This document shows positions 28,682 through 37,400 of a stretch of DNA of 64,000 nt, in pieces; positions within the stretch are counted from its first letter, which is position 1, and each line of letters begins with the position of its first letter. Location of the stretch: contig CAXNIJ010000006.1 in assembly GCA_964202455.1 (NCBI GenBank), forward strand, positions 5,184 to 69,183. Direction: 5' to 3'. The notes under the pieces were generated by a model that was given only the letters and a program-made list of their open reading frames with translations, was not told the DNA's origin and made no database searches. The DNA comes from Candidatus Pacearchaeota archaeon (GTDB lineage Archaea > Nanobdellota > Nanobdellia > Pacearchaeales > GW2011-AR1). Position numbers and translations under genes: made by a program.

Positions 28682-29296
28682 TTATTTTAGATAATGATCT
28701 TCCCAAGACCTTATGCTTTTTTCATCAAATTTCAATGTTTCTTGCCTAGAGTCTTCTTTAGGAAGATATTTTTTGTATAATGCTCCAAAAATAAATCCGA
28801 AGAAGACTCCTGCTAGATGAGCCAAATTAGCCACATTACTTGGAATGAATAGCCCTAAGACGTCTCCTGCGACCCAGATGATGCCTGCAATAAACATGGG
28901 CATGGGAATACCATATACAAATACCATCATTTTAGGTCTAAGAATAATTAGTGCCCCTAGAATTCCAAAAATTGCTCCTGATGCCCCTAGAGCTGCATCG
29001 TAGAAAGGTAGAGACACTATATTTGCACCGATTCCAGTTATAAAAAAGACTGCAAGAAACCTCTTTGAACCTAGTAATGATTCTAAAATGCTTCCAAATA
29101 ATATGAGTGCGAAACCATTATAGAGAATATGGGGAAGACTACCATGAAGAAAAATTGCAGTTATGAATCTCCAAGGCTCTAAGAGGGCAGATTTATTTAG
29201 AAGAAATATTTCTGTAAATTCCGAGACCATGTTTTGGATAATAAATAAAATTATGCAAATACCTGTTAACCAGAACGCAATTCCTCTAAACTTCAT
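28682..29296 (-). CDS. Rhomboid-family intramembrane serine protease
   Basis: FLHGSLPHILYNGFAL (H-x4-N) and GASGAIFG (GxSG). Confidence 0.85.
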   Translation of the reverse strand: MKFRGIAFWLTGICIILFIIQNMVSEFTEIFLLNKSALLEPWRFITAIFLHGSLPHILYNGFALILFGSILESLLGSKRFLAVFFITGIGANIVSLPFYDAALGASGAIFGILGALIILRPKMMVFVYGIPMPMFIAGIIWVAGDVLGLFIPSNVANLAHLAGVFFGFIFGALYKKYLPKEDSRQETLKFDEKSIRSWEDHYLK

Positions 29297-29348
29297 ATAT
29301 TTTTCAAGAACGTTAACTTAAAAAACTCTTGTTTTCTGTGTTTTGTAT

Positions 29349-29420
29349 GGCGGATGTAGTTTAACGGTAGAACAACAGCCTGTGGCGCTGTGGACGAGGG
29401 TTCGACTCCCTCCTTCCGCT
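29349..29420 (+). tRNA. tRNA-His (GTG) with genomically encoded G-1
   Basis: Hand-folded. G-1 then acceptor GCGGATG/CTTCCGC (one U.U mismatch). D arm GTTT-AACGGTA-GAAC. Anticodon stem ACAGC/GCTGT, loop CT-GTG-GC. T arm GAGGG-TTCGACT-CCCTC. Confidence 0.8.
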
Positions 29421-29571
29421 TCCTTTGTGGTCGTAGACAACACAGGAGGGAGTCGTTTGACTCACTTAAAATCGAAGAGCTTGAGTTACCGCGGACTAAG
29501 TCTGCAAGTACCGCCTTTACGCTTTTCTTCTTTTCGTAAGATTTTTAAACATCTCCTCATCGGTAAATATT

Positions 29572-29964
29572 ATGATTAAATTAGAAGTTCATCCTACCCA
29601 AGTCTATGGATTCTATGAAAACTATGCTAGTGTATCTCGCTTACTTGTTGAACATGTACAACTAAAAGGTTGGAAATATATTCCACCAGTACCTGTTTTT
29701 GAAATTCCTAAAATATCTGGGAAAAAACAGGACTATATGCTCATTGATGGAAATCATAGAAAGAATGTTGCTCAATTCTTAGATCATCTTTTACCCATTG
29801 CGCTGTATGAACCTGATGAAGAAATAAACTATCTACGCGATGGTCTTGCATATTCTAGAACTCTTGTATATCCTAAAAGGTATGAGAAAGCATTATCTAT
29901 TTATCTGCTAAAAGTCTGTCCGCGACTACTATGCTCGCATACGGATGGCCTCGAGGGGATTTGA
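29572..29964 (+). CDS. Small ParB/Srx-fold (ParB-like nuclease domain) protein
   Basis: YMLIDGNHRKNVA matches the DGxHR core of ParB N-terminal/sulfiredoxin-fold domains. The last 19 nt overlap tRNA-Lys on the opposite strand. Confidence 0.45.
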   Translation: MIKLEVHPTQVYGFYENYASVSRLLVEHVQLKGWKYIPPVPVFEIPKISGKKQDYMLIDGNHRKNVAQFLDHLLPIALYEPDEEINYLRDGLAYSRTLVYPKRYEKALSIYLLKVCPRLLCSHTDGLEGI

Positions 29965-30020
29965 ACCCCCGACACCTGGATTAAAAGTCCAGTACTCTAA
30001 CCGGGCTGAGCTACGAGGCC
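29946..30020 (-). tRNA. tRNA-Lys (TTT)
   Basis: The reverse complement folds as GGCCTCG-TA-GCTC-AGCCCGGTTA-GAGT-A-CTGGA-CTTTTAA-TCCAG-GTGTC-GGGGG-TTCAAAT-CCCCT-CGAGGCC-A. Confidence 0.9.
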
Positions 30021-30192
30021 TTAATGAAGTGAATAAAAGTGGTTATTTAAACGTTTTTGATGTAACAAAGATTAGATATCAAAAATATTTTCTAGTAGAC
30101 TCGTGAAAAAATAGTAGGAAAAAAGTAAGTTGTTTTCTAAATTTTATAAAGGTGCTCCAATCCAAGGCAATAATTGATTTTCATTCCATTCG

Positions 30193-30279
30193 TTAAACTT
30201 CTTCTCCTGCTTGACGAATGATTGGTGCGACAATCTTGCCCATCATGCCTGTTCCAAGAAGAACAACTTCAAGAGTCAT
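30193..30279 (-). pseudogene. 28-codon remnant resembling the N-terminus of a Rossmann-fold dehydrogenase
   Basis: MTLEVVLLGTGMMGKIVAPIIRQAGEEV* has a GxGxxG dinucleotide-binding start, then stops. Confidence 0.25.
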
Positions 30280-30381
30280 GATGTAATTCTATCTCAAAAC
30301 TATATAAACTTTTACTCAATTTTTTCACCAGAGAATAGGAATAAATTTTTTTGAGAAGTTTTGAACTTTTGCAAAGTCTTT

Positions 30382-30699
30382 TTAGAAATTTTCTTGAACT
30401 AATTTTAATATTTGGTCTTTGGACATTGCACCACTATGTGCAAAGACCATTTTTCCATCTTTAAAGAACATGCTTGTAGGTATACTCATAACATTAAACT
30501 TATCTGATAATTCGAAATGATCCTCTACATTAACTTTTCCAAAATGGACTTTTCCTTTTAGTTCTCTTGCAGCCGCTTCAAATTCCGGAGCCATCATCTT
30601 ACATGGTCCGCACCAGCTTGCCCAAAAATCTACGACCCAGTTTCCTTTTTTTATTGATTTGTCAAAATCTTGCGTTGTTAATTCTATTGCGTCACTCAT
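30382..30699 (-). CDS. trxA: Thioredoxin
   Basis: FWASWCGPCK active site. Internal Met (MSDAIEL) preferred as start. Confidence 0.9.
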   Translation of the reverse strand: MSDAIELTTQDFDKSIKKGNWVVDFWASWCGPCKMMAPEFEAAARELKGKVHFGKVNVEDHFELSDKFNVMSIPTSMFFKDGKMVFAHSGAMSKDQILKLVQENF

Positions 30700-30763
30700 T
30701 TTATTCTTAATTATCCAGAAACCCACATTAATAAATCTTATGTATTAAAAAATAGTGTTATGT

Positions 30764-30878
30764 CAAGGAACTTGAAATAAACTCCAGCTTTTAAGCTGGA
30801 GATGGTTCCTTGAGCATCCAAAGCACGAGCGCTTATTCAAACCCCAACTTTTAAGTTGGGGTAGCGCATCGTGCTTTT
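30764..30878 (+). ncRNA. Candidate structured ncRNA, copy 1 (compact form); strand tentative
   Basis: Nested helices CAAGGAAC/GTTCCTTG, CTCCAGC/GCTGGAG, AGCACGA-GCGC/GCGC-A-TCGTGCT and CCCCAAC/GTTGGGG. Ends in a T-run. Long identical blocks are shared with 31509-31727. Confidence 0.5.
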
Positions 30879-30925
30879 GATATTAAATAAATTTAATTTC
30901 CGTAGTTGTTTTGTTATTTGCTACA

Positions 30926-30976
30926 TCGAGGATTACCTAATCCTTGACGGGGGGGGTTTTCGTCAAGTTTCTTGAC
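30926..30976. repeat. Two intergenic hairpins related to the TCAAG-stem family
   Basis: TCGAGGATT-acct-AATCCTTGA and GTCAAG-ttt-CTTGAC, separated by a G8 run. Confidence 0.5.
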
Positions 30977-30986
30977 ACGAAAAATT

Positions 30987-31400
30987 TTATTGAATATAAT
31001 TTTCTAAATCGCAAGAAATATTATCATTTGGTGAACGTTTATCTTTAATTATCCAAAAATCAAAAGCTCTATCTGCAAGACTTTCTAAAATCTTATTACG
31101 TGTAAAGTCATATTTTTCATTAGAAAGATTTTCAAAAAACCCTCTTTCTTGATTATATCTAAATCCTTCTCTTCTAAGAGCAAAATGAGTTTCACGATCT
31201 AGATAGTTTTTAATTTCATTATTCTCGCCATCAAATAATCTACTTATCCCGTATTCTACATTTAATTCTCTTAAAAGATGAACTCCTAAATGATCAGTTA
31301 AATTTGCTGAGGGAAAAGGACTAAGAACTCTACCTAGTAAAATTTCAAATCTTTTTGTTAATACTGCTTCATCTTGATTTGAAAAATATGGAATATTCAT
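30987..31400 (-). CDS. Hypothetical protein (137 aa)
   Basis: ORF only. Confidence 0.5.
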   Translation of the reverse strand: MNIPYFSNQDEAVLTKRFEILLGRVLSPFPSANLTDHLGVHLLRELNVEYGISRLFDGENNEIKNYLDRETHFALRREGFRYNQERGFFENLSNEKYDFTRNKILESLADRAFDFWIIKDKRSPNDNISCDLENYIQ

Positions 31401-31508
31401 AGAAATTAATCATAGTTGAAGTATATAAATTTCATCGTGATTGATTGGTAGTTTAAGAAGAGTAATTGAAAATTATCTGCGGGTTTTAGTGCGTCTTCAT
31501 CTTGATGT

Positions 31509-31727
31509 CAATGAACTTGACGCAAACTCCAGCTCATCAAGAATCTGCTGATTCTTGAGTGCCATCAAGGACTTTCGTCCTTGAGGTTTAAGCTGGAGAT
31601 GGTTCCTTGAGCACGTCAAGAACGTTCAGTTCTTGAACGCCATCAGAAACCAAGAGTTTCTGAGGTCCAAAGCACGAGCGCTTATTCAAACCTCTGCTTT
31701 TAGCATGGGTGGCGCATCGTTTTTTTG
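31509..31727 (+). ncRNA. Candidate structured ncRNA, copy 2 (expanded form with two hairpin-pair insertions); strand tentative
   Basis: Shares AAACTCCAGC, AGCTGGAGATGGTTCCTTGAGCA, TCCAAAGCACGAGCGCTTATTCAAACC and GCGCATCGT with copy 1. Insertions at ~31533-31588 and ~31614-31666 each form two TCAAGRA-type hairpins. Ends in T7. Confidence 0.5.
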
Positions 31728-31736
31728 ATAAATAAT

Positions 31737-34619
31737 TTATTCCCCGCAACCGCTTCTAGTTGTCTGCTTGCACGAAGTGCAATAAATTGCACAGTTACCC
31801 ATGCGTTTTGCTGAACTTCCGCATTGAGGACAAACAAGGCCCTCATTACCAAAATCTTTTAAAGATTTTTGTTCCTCTGTAAGACTCAGAGTTGATTGTG
31901 ATTGTTCAAGAGAAACTGATTGAGGAGAAATTTCTATTAAATCTTCAGTTACGGAAGGAAGTTCTATTTCAACTTCTACTTTTTGAGCTTTTCCGAATGT
32001 TGCAATCATAAATTGCGCTACGTAGTCAATAATTGATGAAGCTGTACGAATCATAATTCTATTTTGATCGAGTATTCCCGGAGGAGTATTTCTTACAAAT
32101 CCAGATGGTTCGAACTTTTGATGTCTGAACTTATTAAAAAGAATTTCAACAGGAATTCCATATTGAAGATTTAGAGAGATCGAAGCTGCCCAGGCATCCA
32201 TGAGTCCTCTAATTGTTGAGCCTTCTTTACTCATAGTGATAAAAATTTCCCCAGGTTTACCATCATCGTAAAGCCCCACTGTGAGATATCCTTTATGATT
32301 TGCTATTTCAAAACGGTGAGTAATAGATTTACGCGTTTGAGGCATTTCTTGTTGTTGAATTCTTACTACTTGAGGGACTAGAGTTTGTTTTTTAACCATT
32401 TCACCTTCAGTCTTTTGAGTATTAAGTGGTTGACTGCGTTTACTATTCTCCCTATAAATTGCTACGGCTTTTAGGCCTTGTTCCCAGGCGAAAATATAGG
32501 CATCCATAATATCATCTACAGTTGCTTGCTCTGGTAAATTCACTGTTTTACTAATTGCTCCAGAGATAAATGGTTGAGTTACTGCCATCATTTTTATGTG
32601 GCCCTTGTAATGAATTGCTCTTTTTCCCTTTGCAGGTTTAAATGCACAATCAAATACAGGTAAATGTTCTTGGCGAATCCAAGGGGCACCTTCGATCATA
32701 TCGTTTTTGTCAATATATGCAATTATTTCTTGATTTTGCTCTTTGGTATATCCTAAAGCTGAAAGAGATATGTGTACTGAACGATTAACCATTTTTAACA
32801 TTCCTCCTCCTGAAAGAACTTTGTATTTTACTAGGGCGATATCTGGCTCTATTCCAGTAGTATCGCAATCCATCATGAATGCAATTGTGCCTGTTGGAGC
32901 CAATACGGTTGTCTGAGCGTTACGAAAACCAAATTTCTCCCCAAGTTCTATTGCTTCAGTCCATGAGTCCCAAGCTTCATTGACAAGGAACTTGAGATTT
33001 GAAGGAATTTTTGTTACTTGAATTTCTCTAACGTGTTCTTTATGCATATTCATCACTTGTAACATTGAAGATTTATTTTCTTGGAATCCTGGAAATGGTC
33101 CCATCAAAGCAGCTAATTCTCCAGATGTTTTGTATGCTTCTCCAGACATTATTGCTGTGATTGCGGCAGCTACTGCTCTTCCTTCTTCAGAATCATAAGG
33201 GAGACCTAAACTCATTAAAAGCGCGCCTAGATTTGCATATCCTAGACCTAGAGTCCTAAAAATGTGAGAGCGTTCTGCAATTTCTTGAGTAGGATAACTC
33301 GCCCCATCAATAATAATCTCCATGGAAGTAATAAAATGTCTAACTACTGCCTTAAATTTTTGAATATCAAAATTTCCATCTGGAGTTAGAAACTTCATTA
33401 AATTAATAGATGCAAGATTACAAGCCGTATCATCTAAAAATAAATATTCACTGCAGGGATTTGTAGCATTTATTCTTCCTGAATTTTTACAAGTGTGATA
33501 CTTTTGAATAACTCCATCACATTGAACTCCGGGATCCCCACATATCCAAGTGCCTTCTGCAATTGCACGCATTATATCTTTTGCTTTATAAGTTTCTATA
33601 GGTCTACCATCTGTTACAGCTTTTGTTTGCCATTCTCCGTCTTCTTTCACAGCATTCATGAATTCATCCGTAACTCTTACAGACATATTACAATTTTGGA
33701 AGAAAATACTACTATATGCCTCACCATTCATGCCTCCAGAGTATCCTTGTTCTATAAGCGCCCAGGCTTTTTTCTCTTCAGATTGTTTTGCACGGACGAA
33801 ATCCATAATATCTGGATGATCAACATTGAGAATTTCCATTTTTGCAGCTCTTCTTGTTTTTCCGCCAGATTTTATTATATTTGCATATGCATCATATCCC
33901 TTCATGAAGGATACTGGTCCAGAAGCTCTGCCTCCACCAGTTATCTTTTCTCTTGAACTGCGTAGAGTTGAACGATTACTTCCAGTGCCTGATCCTGCTT
34001 TGAATAATACTGCTTCGGCTGTTTGAACTTTTAAAATTGATTCCATATTATCTTGAATACCTAAGATAAAACATGCTGAACATTGTGGTCGATCATCCGA
34101 TTTTATTGCTTTTACTGCTTGATTTAACTCTACATCCCATTTCCAAGCAGATACTCCTCCTGCTTCTTTGTTATATTCCCAAATTCCCGCATTAAACCAT
34201 ACTGGAGAGTTGAACACACAAAGTTGATTTAGACAAATTGCTGCAATTTCTTCTTTGAGAATATTTGATTGATTTTCGTCAAAATATTTTTGGTTTAAAG
34301 CTTGTCTACCTATATATCTTGAGACTCTGCCAATTATTTTTTCTACCGAATCCTCTCTTTCTCCCTTGGCTTGATCTCCCCAAAAATATTTACTTCCAAC
34401 TACTTTAAGCGCCAGGGGACTCCAAAAATCTGGTCGTTTGACATTTGGTTGAGTGAAAATTGGTTTGCCCATATCATCAGTTACTTTTACATCTTCTGAT
34501 AACCATTTAATTGGATTACCATAAATATCGAATTCGTACGGGCTCTTGCCTTCAAAAGTAAATGTTCTAGAGATTTGCATTTTTCCTAGATTTAGTTGTT
34601 CTATTCTCTCAGGAGTCAT
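31737..34619 (-). CDS. nrdJ: Class II (adenosylcobalamin-dependent) ribonucleotide reductase with C-terminal Cys-rich Zn-ribbon tail
   Basis: 960 aa. NSPVWFNAG, ATNPCSEYLF (thiyl-radical Cys loop), TVLAPTGTI. Tail is CPQCGSSAKRMGNCAIYCTSCKQTTRSGCGE. Confidence 0.9.
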   Translation of the reverse strand: MTPERIEQLNLGKMQISRTFTFEGKSPYEFDIYGNPIKWLSEDVKVTDDMGKPIFTQPNVKRPDFWSPLALKVVGSKYFWGDQAKGEREDSVEKIIGRVSRYIGRQALNQKYFDENQSNILKEEIAAICLNQLCVFNSPVWFNAGIWEYNKEAGGVSAWKWDVELNQAVKAIKSDDRPQCSACFILGIQDNMESILKVQTAEAVLFKAGSGTGSNRSTLRSSREKITGGGRASGPVSFMKGYDAYANIIKSGGKTRRAAKMEILNVDHPDIMDFVRAKQSEEKKAWALIEQGYSGGMNGEAYSSIFFQNCNMSVRVTDEFMNAVKEDGEWQTKAVTDGRPIETYKAKDIMRAIAEGTWICGDPGVQCDGVIQKYHTCKNSGRINATNPCSEYLFLDDTACNLASINLMKFLTPDGNFDIQKFKAVVRHFITSMEIIIDGASYPTQEIAERSHIFRTLGLGYANLGALLMSLGLPYDSEEGRAVAAAITAIMSGEAYKTSGELAALMGPFPGFQENKSSMLQVMNMHKEHVREIQVTKIPSNLKFLVNEAWDSWTEAIELGEKFGFRNAQTTVLAPTGTIAFMMDCDTTGIEPDIALVKYKVLSGGGMLKMVNRSVHISLSALGYTKEQNQEIIAYIDKNDMIEGAPWIRQEHLPVFDCAFKPAKGKRAIHYKGHIKMMAVTQPFISGAISKTVNLPEQATVDDIMDAYIFAWEQGLKAVAIYRENSKRSQPLNTQKTEGEMVKKQTLVPQVVRIQQQEMPQTRKSITHRFEIANHKGYLTVGLYDDGKPGEIFITMSKEGSTIRGLMDAWAASISLNLQYGIPVEILFNKFRHQKFEPSGFVRNTPPGILDQNRIMIRTASSIIDYVAQFMIATFGKAQKVEVEIELPSVTEDLIEISPQSVSLEQSQSTLSLTEEQKSLKDFGNEGLVCPQCGSSAKRMGNCAIYCTSCKQTTRSGCGE

Positions 34620-35059
34620 CCTTTCACAAGCTCCTTAATTTCTTTTTTGAAATCTGAAATGTCGGTAAAATCCCTATAAACAGATGCAAAACGAATGTAT
34701 GCGACTTTATCTATTTTCTTTAATTCTTTAGAAACTAACTCTCCGATAAATCCTGATTTGACTTCTTTACCCTGTTTGAGCAATTTTTCTTCAATGATTG
34801 TTAGCATATGTTCTATTTTTTCGGTACTAATTGGCCTTTTTTCACAAGCCTTAATTATTCCTCTTTTTATTTTTTCACGGTCAAATTCTTCCATCCCTCC
34901 ATCCTTCTTTATGACTCGGAGATTGATTCTTTCGACCTCTTCAAGAGTGTTAAAGCGTTTTGCACACTTAAGACACTCTCTTCTTCTTCGGGTAAGTTTA
35001 TTCACATCCCTTTTATCTACCACTTTGGTTTCTTCATGGACACAATAGGGACATTGCAT
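34616..35059 (-). CDS. nrdR: NrdR transcriptional repressor (Zn ribbon plus ATP-cone)
   Basis: MQCPYCVHEETKVVDKR...RRRECLKCAKRFNTLE and the ATP-cone pattern. 4-nt overlap with nrdJ. Confidence 0.9.
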   Translation of the reverse strand: MQCPYCVHEETKVVDKRDVNKLTRRRRECLKCAKRFNTLEEVERINLRVIKKDGGMEEFDREKIKRGIIKACEKRPISTEKIEHMLTIIEEKLLKQGKEVKSGFIGELVSKELKKIDKVAYIRFASVYRDFTDISDFKKEIKELVKG

Positions 35060-35072
35060 ATCTTGCTTTTTA

Positions 35073-35119
35073 CCCCAAGATGTTGTGTTTTTATTTTAAT
35101 CTAACACAATACCTTGTAT
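35073..35119. promoter_or_regulatory. Two NrdR-box-like 16-mers, 31 bp centre to centre, upstream of nrdR-nrdJ
   Basis: CCCCAAGATGTTGTGT (35073-35088) matches the consensus acaCwAtATaTwGtgt, as I recall it, at 12/16 positions. ACACAATACCTTGTAT (35104-35119) matches at 13/16. The first box is 14 nt upstream of the nrdR ATG. Confidence 0.45.
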
Positions 35120-35251
35120 TTTATTTATTGAAATCGTTTTAGTATTTAAATGTTTCTTAGAAAAAAATATTTTCGTCGCTGTTTTCTGAAAAAAAATCGA
35201 GTGTCACTTTGTCATGAATCTAGACCCCTATTAACATTTCCAATAATATAG

Positions 35252-35593
35252 TTGGGCATTACAATATTATTTAAAAGCAACTTTTTGGTTTTTATTATAA
35301 TGATTCCTCCAGTAATAGTTTATCATTATATCGTTCAAGATAAAGAATTTAAAAGATATCCCGAGATTCATAACCGATTAAGTGATTTAGGTTTTACAAA
35401 TGAACTGGTAAGAATTGGATGGGGTAGAAAAGATATAGATGGAGAAAATATTTGTGTGCTAGATAATATCTGCCTTGCTGAATTCAAATATAATTGGAGA
35501 AATTTTCAAGTGATTGAATATGTTGCTAGTCAATCTGCCAATCATCCTTGGTTAGAAGGAAAATCTAATTTTTTTAAGAATCCAAACGTTTAA
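35252..35593 (+). CDS. Hypothetical protein (start uncertain)
   Basis: ORF with a TTG start; internal Met at 35300; hydrophobic N-terminus. Confidence 0.4.
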   Translation: MGITILFKSNFLVFIIMIPPVIVYHYIVQDKEFKRYPEIHNRLSDLGFTNELVRIGWGRKDIDGENICVLDNICLAEFKYNWRNFQVIEYVASQSANHPWLEGKSNFFKNPNV

Positions 35594-35611
35594 ATCTTTA
35601 GATACTTTGTT

Positions 35612-35869
35612 ATGGGTATGCAAAATAAACTAAAAAAACATCAATCAGTTAGACTTTTGAGAGATCCTGATCCTGAGTATGTAGAATATCATGGAGAAAG
35701 TGAAGATAATTTTAAAGAAATTCCAATTAAAAAGGGCATGACTGGACGAGTAAATGTTATTTTATCAAATGGAAGATATCATGTTGAGATATTTGATGAT
35801 GAGGGAAAAGTTATAGCGTATGCGCCAATGAATGAGGAAGATTTGGAAGAAGTTAAAGAGAAAAAATGA
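35612..35869 (+). CDS. Small DUF4926-like protein
   Basis: VRLLRDPDPE...GMTGRVNVILSNGRYHVEIFDDEGK resembles the DUF4926 pattern. Confidence 0.45.
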   Translation: MGMQNKLKKHQSVRLLRDPDPEYVEYHGESEDNFKEIPIKKGMTGRVNVILSNGRYHVEIFDDEGKVIAYAPMNEEDLEEVKEKK

Positions 35870-35871
35870 TT

Positions 35872-36426
35872 TTATTTACTCCGTGGAACTGAGAACTTTG
35901 AATATATTGCACTTCTGTCTGTACGTACAATTTCATCTGTCTGTATGGAGGTATTTGGGCCAAAAGTTCCTATTTCCATTGCCTGTTCTAGTTCACGATA
36001 TTCTCGTGGAACATGATAAGACTCGTCTTCGTCATTCATCCAAAATTTTCTAATTTTATCATAACGAGGTATTCTTGCTAAAATATTATCTCCCTTACGA
36101 ACTGAAGTTATTCCCGCAAATATTAATTTTTTAACCGGCACTTGGGAGTCATCTGAAATTACGTCTAAATTTGTCTGAATAGTATATCCTCCTGAATACA
36201 CTGGAGAAGTTCCCCCGATTCTACTCTCTGAACTTGGAGTAAACTCGGTAGAATAGCACTGGCTAGTAACTTGTTGTACTCTGAATCTAGCTTCTACTAC
36301 TAACTCATGAAGAGGTTTGGAAATTCTTTCTAAATCTTCTCTTTCTTTATTTTCTCTTTCTTCCCTGGCCTTATATATATCTTGATGATCTTTATAACTG
36401 AACTTGAAAGTTATGTCGTCACTCAT
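35872..36426 (-). CDS. Hypothetical protein (184 aa)
   Basis: ORF only. Confidence 0.5.
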   Translation of the reverse strand: MSDDITFKFSYKDHQDIYKAREERENKEREDLERISKPLHELVVEARFRVQQVTSQCYSTEFTPSSESRIGGTSPVYSGGYTIQTNLDVISDDSQVPVKKLIFAGITSVRKGDNILARIPRYDKIRKFWMNDEDESYHVPREYRELEQAMEIGTFGPNTSIQTDEIVRTDRSAIYSKFSVPRSK

Positions 36427-36516
36427 TTTATTTATTACTTTTTTAAGTATTAAAATATTTGTATTTTTGACTGATAGATTTATAAATTGAGTTTACATTA
36501 CTTGGAAGAGGTGAAT

Positions 36517-37377
36517 ATGTTAATTGCAGCTTTTCCAGAAACAAAGAAGATTGCTCGTGCTGTTGCTAAGTCTTTAAATGCAGAGTATACAGAAGTTAAT
36601 GTGAAAGATTTTCCAGATTCTGAATATCATTTAAAATTGAAAGTAAATCCTAAACATAAAGTTGTTGTATTTGTTACTTCAATCACAAAAGATCCAGATG
36701 AGAAATTAATAGAAACCATTCTTGCTGCAGGTATTGCAAAAGATTATGGAGCTAAGAAAGTAATTGTTGTCGCTACATATTTACCCTATATGCGTCAAGA
36801 TAAACATTTTAAGAAATATGATAGTTTTTCTTCAAAACATATTCTTGAATTATTTAATCATGTAGATAGACTATTTGTTATAGATCCACATTTACATCGT
36901 ATTAAGAAAATGGAACAACTGCTTCCTAAGGCAACTGCTTTGACAACTAATACTATAATTGCACAATATATTCATAAAAGATTTAAAGATAATTTTTCTA
37001 TTGTTGGTCCAGATGAGGAGAGTGAGCAATGGAGTAGTGTTATCGCTAAAATGCTAGGCAAAAAAGTGGTAATTTTAAAAAAAACTAGATTTTCTTCTAT
37101 ACATGTAAAGATTAAAGAAAAACCACTTGGAGATAATATCATCATCATAGATGATATTATCAGCACTGGGAGGACACTTGTTGAGACTCTTAAAATGGCA
37201 AAAAGACAAGGCGCTAAAAGAATGATATGTATTGGCATACATGGCGTTCTAGTTAATGGTGCGGATAAACTTATTACTAAATATGCCGAACTAATTACAA
37301 CTAATACTATTGCTAATGATTATGCTAAAATAGATGTTTCTCCAGTAATCGTCGATGCACTAAAGAAAATTAGATAA
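36517..37377 (+). CDS. prs: Ribose-phosphate pyrophosphokinase (PRPP synthetase)
   Basis: YLPYMRQD and the PRPP-binding loop IIIIDDIISTGRTL. ATG at 36517 preferred over the TTG at 36487. Confidence 0.85.
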   Translation: MLIAAFPETKKIARAVAKSLNAEYTEVNVKDFPDSEYHLKLKVNPKHKVVVFVTSITKDPDEKLIETILAAGIAKDYGAKKVIVVATYLPYMRQDKHFKKYDSFSSKHILELFNHVDRLFVIDPHLHRIKKMEQLLPKATALTTNTIIAQYIHKRFKDNFSIVGPDEESEQWSSVIAKMLGKKVVILKKTRFSSIHVKIKEKPLGDNIIIIDDIISTGRTLVETLKMAKRQGAKRMICIGIHGVLVNGADKLITKYAELITTNTIANDYAKIDVSPVIVDALKKIR

Positions 37378-37400
37378 TTTCTATAGAAAATATTTAAGTA

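Noticed and set aside
29343-29579. 78-aa ORF from the ORF track
   Set aside because: It starts inside and reads through tRNA-His, and its product is low-complexity. It is almost certainly non-coding.
33495-35104. Plus-strand ORFs (33495-33956, 33826-34026, 34695-35048, 34808-35104)
   Set aside because: They are antisense to the well-supported nrdJ and nrdR genes. Their products are Ser/Phe/Ile-rich, typical of the reverse frame of AT-rich coding sequence.
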